Source: Candidatus Pacearchaeota archaeon
GTDB taxonomy: Archaea; Nanobdellota; Nanobdellia; Pacearchaeales; GW2011-AR1
Assembly (NCBI GenBank): GCA_017609885.1
Contig: JAFCDB010000001.1
Location: forward strand, 6,732 to 70,731
Reading direction: 5' to 3'
Length of the DNA: 64,000 bases
Under the pieces are notes generated by a model. The model saw only the letters and a list, made by a program, of their open reading frames with translations. It had not been told where the DNA came from and did no database searches. Below are positions 47,886 through 57,188 of the stretch, one piece after another; the stretch's first letter is position 1, and each line of letters starts with the position of its first letter. Both the position numbers and the translations under genes were made by a program.

Positions 47886-48932
47886 ATGAGTTTTGGAAAT
47901 GAGATGGAAGTTAAACAAAAAGAGTTGAGAGGTAATGGGAAACTTCGTTCTATTAATATTGAAGCTGAAAATCTTGCCGAAGCAACTCATAAAACTATCA
48001 TCGCTTGTTATGATGCGGGTGCAAGAGTTGAAACCCCTAAACAAAGACCAGACATGACTTTGGGATATGATTCTCCAATTGAAATTACAATTTTAAATCC
48101 AAATAGTGAGCCAAAAATTTACAATCCTGCAAATTTAGATTTTCCCAAAGGAAACTTAGAATACTGTTACGCTGTAACTCACGGAATTCACAATCACAGA
48201 AAAAAATGTGAAGAACATCCAGAATGGTGGGGTTATACTTACAATGAAAGATTTGTTGACCAGATGCCTTTTGTTTTTCAGAGAATAAAAGCAGATTGGG
48301 ATGAAAAAGGAAGAATGACTGGAAGAGATTATTTTTTTACAATCTGGCGTGCAGGCGATGATATTGTCTTGGAACAACCAGATCCGCCTTGCTGGCAATC
48401 AGGACAAATCAGATTTTTACATAATGAGGAAGGAAATATTGTTATGAATTATCTCACTCATTGGAGAAGTAGAGATTTATTTAAAGCATGGAATCAAAAC
48501 ATTTTAGCTCAAATTGAATTAATGAAATTAATAAGAGACAAAACTTCAAACTTAATTGGAGAACAAATTGAACTTGGAAGTTACATTGACCATTCAAGTT
48601 CATTACATCTTTATGGATTATATGTTGACAGAGATGGATTAGATAATACAATAAAATTAATGAAAAAAATTCCATATGAACAAATGTCTTGGAGTTTTGA
48701 AGATTCTCTTGAACAAATGAGTGAGATGGGAAGCAAAGATGCTACATTAAGATTAATTGCAGCTCAACTTGATGCAGAACATAAAGGACATGGACTTCAA
48801 CAATCAAGAGAAACCTTAAAGAATTTAGAATATGATGTAGAAAATTTCGATTATCCTAAAGAATGGGATACATGGCCAGAATCATGGGATGCTGAACCTG
48901 ATGTTAGTAAATTGGCGAGAGTTGTAAAATGA
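47886..48932 (+). CDS. thyA: Thymidylate synthase (ThyA-like, divergent)
   Basis: YTYNER, DPPCWQ (catalytic Cys), WRSRD...N, SLHLY. Confidence 0.8.
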   Translation: MSFGNEMEVKQKELRGNGKLRSINIEAENLAEATHKTIIACYDAGARVETPKQRPDMTLGYDSPIEITILNPNSEPKIYNPANLDFPKGNLEYCYAVTHGIHNHRKKCEEHPEWWGYTYNERFVDQMPFVFQRIKADWDEKGRMTGRDYFFTIWRAGDDIVLEQPDPPCWQSGQIRFLHNEEGNIVMNYLTHWRSRDLFKAWNQNILAQIELMKLIRDKTSNLIGEQIELGSYIDHSSSLHLYGLYVDRDGLDNTIKLMKKIPYEQMSWSFEDSLEQMSEMGSKDATLRLIAAQLDAEHKGHGLQQSRETLKNLEYDVENFDYPKEWDTWPESWDAEPDVSKLARVVK

Positions 48933-49402
48933 CACTAAGAATCCCTTTAATCTATGAACCATCAATAACAAAAATTGAAACTGAACAAGATATTGTTGAG
49001 TTATTAAAAGATGTTAGAAAGGATATTAGAACTTCAAATTCTAAACTTGTGCTGCGCAGATTAAGAGAGGTTCTTATTCATGTTGAGGAGGGCAAGTATA
49101 TTCACAATGGAGAATCAAGGATAGAAACTGAAATTGATTTATCAAAAGCAACTTTCTTAGTTAATGAATATAAACAGAAATCTGCGCGGAATTGCATAGT
49201 GTGCAATAATAGAGAAATTAAATCAACAGAAGATATAGGAGATTATAATGTTTGGTGTTCTTTAACTGAAATAGAATCTGATGTTGACAGTAGACAAGGG
49301 CATTCGCCGAGAATAAAAGAATATTATGAAAAGGGTTGCGATGATTATCATTCTAATTTTAGGTCTTTAGAACAAGTTTTAGCAGAAGCAGAATTAACCT
49401 GA
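48929..49402 (+). CDS. Hypothetical protein with Cys cluster
   Basis: ATGA overlap with thyA; CIVC...C...C. Confidence 0.5.
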   Translation: MTLRIPLIYEPSITKIETEQDIVELLKDVRKDIRTSNSKLVLRRLREVLIHVEEGKYIHNGESRIETEIDLSKATFLVNEYKQKSARNCIVCNNREIKSTEDIGDYNVWCSLTEIESDVDSRQGHSPRIKEYYEKGCDDYHSNFRSLEQVLAEAELT

Positions 49403-49819
49403 ACTCCCAAATCCCCCTTCTCCCCTTTCACTCTCTACCAATTCCTTAACTTCTTCAATCTCTACATTTTCAATCTTATTAATAACTGCCTGTGCAATTT
49501 TGTCTCCTTGCTTTATTTCAAAATTTTCATCTCCGTGATTAATTAAAATTACCCCTACTTCTCCCCGATAACCCGAGTCAATTGTTCCAGGAGAATTTAC
49601 AAGTGAAATTCCTTTTTTTATTGCAAGTCCGCTTCTTGGACGAATTTGCATTTCATATCCAGGAGGAATTTCAAAAATTAAACCGCTTTTTACAAGGCAT
49701 CTTTCACCAGGTTTTAGGAAATGTTCACTTGTTGAAAATAAATCCATTCCTGCATCGCCAGGATTTGCATAAATTGGGGTTTGCGCTTTTTCATGTATTT
49801 TTTTTATTTTTAGTTTCAT
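49394..49819 (-). CDS. dut: Trimeric dUTPase
   Basis: AGMDL, RPRSGLA, GTIDSGYRGE, RGEGGFGSSG. Confidence 0.96.
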   Translation of the reverse strand: MKLKIKKIHEKAQTPIYANPGDAGMDLFSTSEHFLKPGERCLVKSGLIFEIPPGYEMQIRPRSGLAIKKGISLVNSPGTIDSGYRGEVGVILINHGDENFEIKQGDKIAQAVINKIENVEIEEVKELVESERGEGGFGSSG

Positions 49820-52581
49820 TATCCGCATCCGCCTCCTTGAATTTCTCCGCAATCTGTACATTTAGGATGATTGCATCCTGCCTCGAAAGTATATTCTTCA
49901 TTTCCGCATGCCTCACACACAAACGCCTTATCTAATTTTCCATGATTTCCACTAACCAACAACTCTTCATCAGAACTTGTAACCCTAACTTGCGACAATA
50001 AAGACATATACTCGTCAGTTCCTTCCTCAACCTTGCGTAGCTCAGACTTATGCACAAGATTAATCAGCCTCCCATTATCATCATTTCCAACAATTCCATT
50101 TTTTAATAAACAATCTTCTAATACAACCCCTGCTGCATGTTCAATTGATTTAATCTTTCTTGGTCCCAACCCTTCTTCTTCATTTGAAGAAGCAGACTGC
50201 AATCTCCCAATAAGTTCAGCATAATTTGGATTAGGTTGCCTCAATATCTCAGTCCTATCCATTCCTGATTGAGCAAAGCTCACACTTGTTGCATGTCCTA
50301 AAGGAGCCCGAGTCTGAAAAATTTCATCGGGAATAAAATACGCTTTCCCTCCCTCATCATCAACATAAATATTACTTGTAATAGTTATATGTAAACTATC
50401 TCCATTATTTGGCCTTTTAACTTTGTACTTCAATGCCTGAGCTTTAAGATTAACAATCTCATGCGGAGAAACATTATTCTGCACAAGAAGAGTTCTTTTT
50501 TCTAACCCACTTAAAACCCCCTTCTTGGAATTATCTCTAAAAATCGTAATTCCCACACAACCTTCATCATAAGCCATTTTGTAAGTATTTAATACATCTT
50601 CAACTGTTGCATCTTCTGGCAAGTTAACTGTTTTAGAAACTGCATTATCTACTCCAACTCCATTACCAACCTGAAAAGCTGCCTGCATTCGAACATGCCA
50701 TTCTGGAGCAATATCATGAGAAGTAGCATAAATTCTTTGAATTTCCTCAGGGATCACATCCATTTCTCTGACACTGCCAATTTTCTCAATTGTTTTAATA
50801 ATTCCTTCTAATTTAACCTTATCAAATTGCTCATATAAATCTCCCTCAAGTAAAGGATTCCTGTAAATTAATTCCTTGCCATCCATGCAAGTTTTTTTAA
50901 ATGCAAGTCTAAAAAAAGGTTCTACTCCACCAGAAACATTGCATATCATTCCTGTTGTCCCATTTGGAGCAATTGTGGTAACAGTTGCGTTTCTAACTCT
51001 CAGCCCCTCCTTCTCCCATACACTCCCTTCCCAATATGGAAAGACTCCCCTCTCCTCAGCAATTTCCACAGACTTTTTTCTTGCTGTTTCAGTAACATAA
51101 TCACTTACACCTTTCGCAAGTTCAACAGCTTCCTCACTATCATATGCCATGCCTAATTGCGCAAGCATTTCAGCCCATCCCATCATTCCAAGTCCAATCT
51201 TTCTCGTACCATGAACTTTCCCATAAATTTTTTGAAAGGGAAACTTGCTCATATCAATCACATTATCTAAAAAATGAACAGCAGTTCCAATTCTATTCTC
51301 AAGTTCAGAATAATCTACTGAAGAATCATTTACACAGTTCGCTAAATTTATCCCACCCAAATTACATGCTTCAAATGGAAGAAGAGGTTGCTCTCCACAA
51401 GGATTTGTTGATTCAATTCTTCCAACATGTGGAACAGTATTTCTTTGTTCTAATCTATCTAAAAAAACAATTCCAGGACAACCTGTTTTCCACGCACATT
51501 CAGATATATAATCAAATAGAGAATGTGCGTTAATCAAAAGAGTTTCATCATCAGCAACTTTCCCAATTTCTTCTCCACTATAAATATTAATTACTTTCCC
51601 CTCATCAACAATCAATGACGGATTTAACTCTCCAAATAATTCATCATATTTTCTAGTTCCTTTTTCCAAAACATTCTCCTTTTTCCATACTCTTTCCTCT
51701 AAAGGGACATCAGATTCTCTTTTTGGATTTACTAACCTAAAATAACCTTCATCTTTTACTAATTGCATAAACTTATCATCAATTCCCACTGACAAATTAA
51801 AATTAACCAAAGTTCCATTTGTTTTTTCATTAATAAATTCTAGAATATCTGGGTGAGTATAATTTAATATCGCCATGTTTGCCCCTCTTCTAAATCCTCC
51901 TTGATTAACTGCATCAGTTGAAGAATCAAAAACCTTGATAAATGGAACTGGACCGCTTGATGAACCAAATGTAGTTGAAATCATATCTGAGCGAGGCCTT
52001 AAATGTGAAAAATTGAATCCTGTACCTCCACCGCTTTTGTGAATCATTGCCATATATCTTAAAACATCATAAATTCCATTTCCTTGTTTTTCAGCATCTT
52101 CGCCAATATCATCTGTAGCCATATAATCTTCAACAGGTAAAACAAAACAAGCAGAAAGTTGTTGCAAGGCCCGTCCAGCATTGCATAAAGTTGGAGTATT
52201 TGGCATGAATCTTTGGTACAACATTGACTCTAAGAATTCATCAGCAACAGATTTAATATCCTTATCTGAATTATATTTCAAATCAGCTTCTGCAATATTA
52301 ACTGCAACTCTTGCAAATAAATCTAAAGCGTTTTCAATAACTTCTTTATTCTCATTTTTTTCAAGATACCTTGTCTCAAGAGTTAATCTTGCGTTTGGGA
52401 CAAAATAAATATCTTCCTCTCTCTCATTATCATGAATTTTATATCCTGTTCCTTCTTCTCTAACATAGTCTGTTATTGCATATCTCTCTTTAACTAGTGA
52501 TTCAAGAGCTCTTCTCTCACTTTCTGTTTGTCCGACAAATGGTCTGCTCTTCTCAAGATCTCTAACTAAATCCTCTTCCAT
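49819..52581 (-). CDS. nrdJ: Adenosylcobalamin-dependent (class II) ribonucleotide reductase
   Basis: PNTPTL, SACF, STNPCGEQPL, ACNL, TIAPNGT, SKTVN, C-terminal Zn ribbon. Confidence 0.92.
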   Translation of the reverse strand: MEEDLVRDLEKSRPFVGQTESERRALESLVKERYAITDYVREEGTGYKIHDNEREEDIYFVPNARLTLETRYLEKNENKEVIENALDLFARVAVNIAEADLKYNSDKDIKSVADEFLESMLYQRFMPNTPTLCNAGRALQQLSACFVLPVEDYMATDDIGEDAEKQGNGIYDVLRYMAMIHKSGGGTGFNFSHLRPRSDMISTTFGSSSGPVPFIKVFDSSTDAVNQGGFRRGANMAILNYTHPDILEFINEKTNGTLVNFNLSVGIDDKFMQLVKDEGYFRLVNPKRESDVPLEERVWKKENVLEKGTRKYDELFGELNPSLIVDEGKVINIYSGEEIGKVADDETLLINAHSLFDYISECAWKTGCPGIVFLDRLEQRNTVPHVGRIESTNPCGEQPLLPFEACNLGGINLANCVNDSSVDYSELENRIGTAVHFLDNVIDMSKFPFQKIYGKVHGTRKIGLGMMGWAEMLAQLGMAYDSEEAVELAKGVSDYVTETARKKSVEIAEERGVFPYWEGSVWEKEGLRVRNATVTTIAPNGTTGMICNVSGGVEPFFRLAFKKTCMDGKELIYRNPLLEGDLYEQFDKVKLEGIIKTIEKIGSVREMDVIPEEIQRIYATSHDIAPEWHVRMQAAFQVGNGVGVDNAVSKTVNLPEDATVEDVLNTYKMAYDEGCVGITIFRDNSKKGVLSGLEKRTLLVQNNVSPHEIVNLKAQALKYKVKRPNNGDSLHITITSNIYVDDEGGKAYFIPDEIFQTRAPLGHATSVSFAQSGMDRTEILRQPNPNYAELIGRLQSASSNEEEGLGPRKIKSIEHAAGVVLEDCLLKNGIVGNDDNGRLINLVHKSELRKVEEGTDEYMSLLSQVRVTSSDEELLVSGNHGKLDKAFVCEACGNEEYTFEAGCNHPKCTDCGEIQGGGCG

Positions 52582-53015
52582 CACAACCCCCTCAACTCTT
52601 TTTTAAAATCTTTAACATCCCCAAAATCCAGATATACCGACGCAAATCTAATATACGCAACTTTGTCCAGTTTTTTTAATTTTTTCATTATATCTTCTCC
52701 TATTTTTTTTGTTGGGATTTCTTTATTTTTCAGCAGAATTTTTTCTTCAATTTCATTGACAATTTTTTCTGCTTGTTCATGGGAGATATTTCGTTTTTCA
52801 CATGCTTTGATTATTCCAAGGAAAATTTTATCTCTATCAAATCTTTCTCGCCTGCTGTCCTTTTTCACAACATACCTTTCAATTGGCTCTGTTTTTTCAT
52901 AGGTTGTAAATCTTTTCCCACATTTCAAGCATTCACGCCTCCTCCGAGTTAATTCATGCGAATCCCGTTTATTTGTAACTTTTGTTTCAGAGTGTTTGCA
53001 AAATGGACATATCAT
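52581..53015 (-). CDS. nrdR: Transcriptional repressor NrdR
   Basis: CPFC...RRRRECLKCGKRFTTYE, ATP cone, VAYIRFASVY. Confidence 0.96.
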   Translation of the reverse strand: MICPFCKHSETKVTNKRDSHELTRRRRECLKCGKRFTTYEKTEPIERYVVKKDSRRERFDRDKIFLGIIKACEKRNISHEQAEKIVNEIEEKILLKNKEIPTKKIGEDIMKKLKKLDKVAYIRFASVYLDFGDVKDFKKELRGL

Positions 53016-53024
53016 TTTAATTAT

Positions 53025-53071
53025 ATACAATATGTTGTATCTAACTCTTTTTTATTCACCACTTATTGTAT
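53025..53071. promoter_or_regulatory. Tandem NrdR boxes
   Basis: ATACAATATGTTGTAT (53025-53040) and TCACCACTTATTGTAT (53056-53071), 31-bp offset. Confidence 0.75.
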
Positions 53072-53124
53072 GTTGCATTATGATTAAGATTAATGTCTAT
53101 ATAAATATTTCTGTGCTTAAGTTG

Positions 53125-53733
53125 TTATTTTTCGCTGAAAAATTTGTTTAACGAAAAATTTGTCAAAAAAATCATTGAAAAGTAAATTCCAAACCAAATT
53201 AGCGGATACAACATCTGCACCTGATAATCGCCGCAGAATTCAAAGACACAGTTGAGATTTCTCTCTATTGGCGTGAAAAAATAAATTAGGAAGTAAAAAA
53301 TTGTGGCTTGGAGAAAGCTGATTTGCCATGAATTTTTTGTTTTTAATTTTATTAAATGAAGTGCTACTAATGACAAAGGAATTGTGTAGAGGTGCTGGGT
53401 TGTTACGAGCTTTGAAATGATAGGACCTTGTTCGAAAAAATAATTTGAAATTCCCCAAAGAATTCCGCCTGTTAGAAAAACATAAATAAAATCAATTGTC
53501 CAAATTAGCATTGGAATTGCAAGAATGTTTAATTGACTTACAATGAGCCAATCTTTTCTTAACAAAATTCCTAGTCCGATTAGCAAAAGGCCGAGATAGC
53601 AAAACCAGATAATGCTAAAAATATCATATTCGTAAAGGGCGTTGATTACAGCAATTGTTCCGAGGATTAGGAAAAAGATTCCAAGTAGGTTTAGGAAAAT
53701 ATTTTTTTTATTCATTGATTGTTTTTTCTTCAT
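53125..53733 (-). CDS. Multi-pass membrane protein
   Basis: WFCY...H...NLNC, about six TMs. Confidence 0.65.
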   Translation of the reverse strand: MKKKQSMNKKNIFLNLLGIFFLILGTIAVINALYEYDIFSIIWFCYLGLLLIGLGILLRKDWLIVSQLNILAIPMLIWTIDFIYVFLTGGILWGISNYFFEQGPIISKLVTTQHLYTIPLSLVALHLIKLKTKNSWQISFLQATIFYFLIYFFTPIERNLNCVFEFCGDYQVQMLYPLIWFGIYFSMIFLTNFSLNKFFSEK

Positions 53734-53778
53734 GTGTATAGTAAGAGTTTTTAAATTTAAAAATCATTGGGTTTTTAT

Positions 53779-53869
53779 GTCCCTGTAGTTCAGTCAGGAT
53801 AGAACATGACCTTGCGGTGAGTTTGCTCGCGAATAGGTCAAGACCGCGGTTCAAATCCGTGCAGGGGCG
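53779..53869 (+). tRNA. tRNA-Arg(GCG) with 17-nt canonical BHB intron (53818-53834)
   Basis: Cloverleaf restored after removing TGAGTTTGCTCGCGAAT; 4-bp helix TTGC/GCGA flanked by 3-nt bulges. Confidence 0.9.
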
Positions 53870-53887
53870 TTTTTGCGGGAGCAAACA

Positions 53888-53996
53888 GGCTTTGGTGAAA
53901 TCATAGGATATATAACATTTTTCTCAATTTAAAATCTACATTGCGAGACAAATCACGTCGAGCAATGCTGGGCGGGCGGGTAGGGAATTGAGAAAA
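53888..53996 (+). repeat. 109-bp direct repeat (R3), copy 1
   Basis: Identical to 57189-57297. Confidence 0.95.
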
Positions 53997-54058
53997 TTGA
54001 AATTTATTAATTATTATAACTTAGGTGCAGATAAGTTTTGTTTGTTCTTAAGTTATTT

Positions 54059-54274
54059 CCCCTCATAGCTCAGTGGTTAGAGCGCTTGGCTGTAGAAATA
54101 AAGGGGACCTAAGGTTCACCTTTATCAAACCCTCCTAAAAGAGGACAACCTTCGGTTGTCTTATAAGGAGAGTTGCGATTAGGGCGGACGTTCCATTGGA
54201 TTAGAATGAAACCTGATTAGCCGAAAGTTCGTGCAGAACCCGAGAGATCCCCGGTTCGAATCCGGGTGGGGGGA
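54059..54274 (+). tRNA. tRNA-Tyr(GTA) with 143-nt intron (54096-54238)
   Basis: C1-G72, CTTGG/CCGAG anticodon stem, CTGT/GCAG helix at 37/38, TTCGAAT T-loop. Confidence 0.85.
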
Positions 54275-54319
54275 TTTATCTTCCAAAAAATTTAAAAATC
54301 TTCTTTTTCATGTAAGAAT

Positions 54320-54517
54320 ATGGAAATTCAAACAAAGGACATAATGGATGAACTTAGGCAGATAAGAATTGATATTGAAATAATCAAGGATAATATGCCT
54401 GATAAAGAAATGTTCTTGACAGCAGATGAAGAAGTCTTATTTGAAAGAAGTTTTGAAAATGAGAAAAATGATGAGCTTATTTCTTCTGAAGAATTAAAAA
54501 AAGAGTTGGAGATATGA
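54320..54517 (+). CDS. Acidic antitoxin
   Basis: 65 aa, ...ELISSEELKKEL; ATGA overlap with RelE. Confidence 0.7.
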   Translation: MEIQTKDIMDELRQIRIDIEIIKDNMPDKEMFLTADEEVLFERSFENEKNDELISSEELKKELEI

Positions 54518-54771
54518 AATTTTCCATTGATTATGATAAACAACCAATTAAGTTTCTTAAAAATCAAAATAAATTTATAACAAAAAGGATTATTGAAAAA
54601 ATAGATTCATTATTAGTAAATCCAGTTCTCAGCAATGCAAAACCGATTGTTGAGAAACACAATTGTTTTAGAATAAGAATAGGAAATTATCGCGCTTTGT
54701 ATAGGATTAATTATAAAACTAAAATCATTATAGTATTCAAATTAGATAAGAGGGAGAAAGTTTATAATTAA
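54514..54771 (+). CDS. relE: RelE/ParE-family toxin
   Basis: FRIRIGNYRALY...KREKVY. Confidence 0.9.
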   Translation: MKFSIDYDKQPIKFLKNQNKFITKRIIEKIDSLLVNPVLSNAKPIVEKHNCFRIRIGNYRALYRINYKTKIIIVFKLDKREKVYN

Positions 54772-54882
54772 TAAATGATTTACTAATAATAAATCCCTAT
54801 AAGAAACAAACTAATAATTCTGTTATGGGCAGAGGATTGAATGTTCCAAAAAACTTAAAAACACCCAACCACTGAATTAATC

Positions 54883-55227
54883 ATGGCGAAAGAATGCGAA
54901 TTTATGTACGATGATTTTTCAGACAGACTTTTTATTTCTTGTAAAAAAGATTCTGATATGATTGCTGGAAGCGTAAGGTTGCTGAATTTAGTTGTGGACT
55001 TTACAACAGATAATAAGGTTGTTAATGTTGAAATTATTGGGGCTTCTGATTATTTAGAATCAATCGGGTTTGATTCTTCTATTTTAAATAAGTTAATTTC
55101 TGTTGATTTGGTTTTTCAGCAAAAAAGAAATGGATATATGATTTATTTTATTCTTCATAGTGAATCTCAAACTCAGAGAATTCCTTATAATTTAATAACT
55201 GAAAATCCTTCGATGATTAACGCTTAA
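54883..55227 (+). CDS. DUF2283-like protein
   Basis: YDDFSDRLFI...VVDF...VVNVEIIGAS. Confidence 0.7.
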   Translation: MAKECEFMYDDFSDRLFISCKKDSDMIAGSVRLLNLVVDFTTDNKVVNVEIIGASDYLESIGFDSSILNKLISVDLVFQQKRNGYMIYFILHSESQTQRIPYNLITENPSMINA

Positions 55228-55549
55228 ATCTTTTTTCTAAACTTCTTTTATATTCTATTGCATGTATGATTAAAACTTTGTTGTTTTTTGGACAGGTCGC
55301 TATTGAAAAATAAATGTTGTTACTTAATTTGTAAAATAATTCGTATCCTAAATCTCCATATTTTAATCTTTCTTTTTCTATTTCATATACTTTTTCAAAT
55401 TGCGGGAAAATTTCCAAAACTTTCTGATGTTCTATTCCTTTTTTAAGAATTCCAAATTTATAATATTCTGTAAATATCAATCTTTTCCCTTTAATTTTTT
55501 CAGTTATTATTTTATCAATTTCTTTTTTGTCTGTGATTAATTCAACCAT
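55217..55549 (-). CDS. Putative toxin-like protein (DUF4258/BrnT-like possible)
   Basis: Basic 110 aa, LIFTEY...LIIHAIEYKR; convergent with DUF2283. Confidence 0.45.
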   Translation of the reverse strand: MVELITDKKEIDKIITEKIKGKRLIFTEYYKFGILKKGIEHQKVLEIFPQFEKVYEIEKERLKYGDLGYELFYKLSNNIYFSIATCPKNNKVLIIHAIEYKRSLEKRFKR

Positions 55550-55832
55550 AATTGTTTTAATATTTTAATATATTTAATTGTTTTTGATTCGGGAATTTAG
55601 GAGATTTAATTATGGGGAATGAGGAATTTTCCAAAAAACTTAAAAATATTATTAATTCAACCTCAAAATAAAAAACATTAAAATAATTTCAAAACGCGAT
55701 ATTATTTTAAAGAATTTTTTAGTTTAAATATTTTTCTACAGATTTTTTATTTTAATCGGCTATAAAAAAGTTTAAAAAGGGAATATATTTATGAAAGATA
55801 TTAATCAAATAGATTAAACAAAGAGGTTTACA

Positions 55833-55943
55833 ATGTCAGAAATTGAATTAGAACAATTTAATGAGGAAATGGACGATGAAGAACTTTTAAAAGGTGGTAC
55901 AGAAGAGGTTGAGGATTTTCTTGATTTTGATGATGACGAATAA
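55833..55943 (+). CDS. 36-aa hyper-acidic peptide
   Basis: MSEIELEQFNEEMDDEELLKGGTEEVEDFLDFDDDE*, GAGGT upstream, T-tract downstream. Confidence 0.55.
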   Translation: MSEIELEQFNEEMDDEELLKGGTEEVEDFLDFDDDE

Positions 55944-56008
55944 TTTTTTCTTTTTCTTTGTTTTTTTATTTACATTAATTATATAAATAATCTTTTTTTT
56001 GAAAAGAT

Positions 56009-57184
56009 ATGTTAATTGGATTAATTGGAAGGCCGAATGCAGGGAAGTCAACGTTTTTCAAGGCTGTAACTATGGCAGATGTTTTGATTGCGAATTATCC
56101 TTTTGCGACGATTAAGCCGAACACCGGAGTTGCTTATGTTAAAATTCCTGATTTGGCTGCGGAGTTTGGGAAAGTATCTGAACCTCGGGAAGGTTATGTA
56201 AAAAATAAGTGGAGGTTTGTTGGTTTTGAATTGATGGATGTTGCAGGATTAGTGGAAGGAGCTAGTGAGGGCAAAGGATTAGGAAATGAATTTCTAAATG
56301 ATTTGGCAAATGCAAATGCATTTATTCACGTTGTTGATATGTCTGGGGAAAGTGACGGGGAAGGCAAACCTACAGAAAATTATGATCCTTGTTTGGATAT
56401 TAAAATTATTGAAAGAGAATTGGATTTATGGTATCTTGGAATTTTTAAAAAAGTGTGGAGAACTTTTTCGCGGACAGTTGAAGCTAAGAAAAAAAATTTT
56501 GCCGAGGCTGTTGCGCGGCAATTTTCTGGATTAAAAGTTAGTGAAGGAGATGTAAAGGAAGTTGTTTTGAAAAGTGGGTTAGATGTTGAGCATCCAGCGA
56601 AGTGGAGAGAAGATGAAATACTGAAGTTTGCGTCTATGTTAAGGAAAATTTCAAAGCCAATGATAATTGCGGCGAACAAAGTTGATCGTCCTAATGGAAA
56701 GGAAAATTTTGAAAAGGTGAAAGAAGAATTTGATTACCCTATTGTTGCGTGTTTTGCAGAGGGGGAATTGGCTTTGAAAGAGGCTGATAAGCATGGGTTG
56801 ATAAATTATGTTCCTGGAGAAAAAGATTTTAAAGTTTTGAAAAAGGGGAGTGAAAAACAGTCGGAGGGGTTGAAAGTGATTAAAAAAGTTATGAGGGAGT
56901 TTAAGGGAACCGGGGTGCAATCAGTTCTTGATAAAGTTGTATTTGATGTTTTAAATTATATTACTGTTTATCCTGCTGGTTCTAAACTTGTTGATTCGCA
57001 GGGACGGGTTTTGCCTGATTGTTTTTTAATGCCTTCTGGTTCGACTGCGTTAGATTTTGCTTTTAGATTGCATAGTGACATTGGGAATGGTTTTGTTAAA
57101 GCAATTGATATTAAGACGAAAAGAGCTGTGGGCAAGGATTATGTTTTGAAGCAAGGGGATGGTTTAGAGATTATGGTGAGATGA
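56009..57184 (+). CDS. ychF: YchF/Obg-family P-loop NTPase with TGS domain
   Basis: GRPNAGKST, NYPFATI, DVAGL, NKVD. Confidence 0.92.
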   Translation: MLIGLIGRPNAGKSTFFKAVTMADVLIANYPFATIKPNTGVAYVKIPDLAAEFGKVSEPREGYVKNKWRFVGFELMDVAGLVEGASEGKGLGNEFLNDLANANAFIHVVDMSGESDGEGKPTENYDPCLDIKIIERELDLWYLGIFKKVWRTFSRTVEAKKKNFAEAVARQFSGLKVSEGDVKEVVLKSGLDVEHPAKWREDEILKFASMLRKISKPMIIAANKVDRPNGKENFEKVKEEFDYPIVACFAEGELALKEADKHGLINYVPGEKDFKVLKKGSEKQSEGLKVIKKVMREFKGTGVQSVLDKVVFDVLNYITVYPAGSKLVDSQGRVLPDCFLMPSGSTALDFAFRLHSDIGNGFVKAIDIKTKRAVGKDYVLKQGDGLEIMVR

Positions 57185-57188
57185 AAAG

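Noticed and set aside
47886..48932. dCMP hydroxymethylase or DNA hypermodification enzyme
   Set aside because: The specificity position after RSxD is Asn (dUMP type) and the neighbours are dut/nrdJ
49819..52581. Intein in NrdJ
   Set aside because: No C/S...HN-C/S/T junction or LAGLIDADG motif in the inserted region
54212..54230. Hammerhead ribozyme in the tRNA-Tyr intron (CTGATTAG...GAAA)
   Set aside because: Core is not CUGANGA and the required stems are missing
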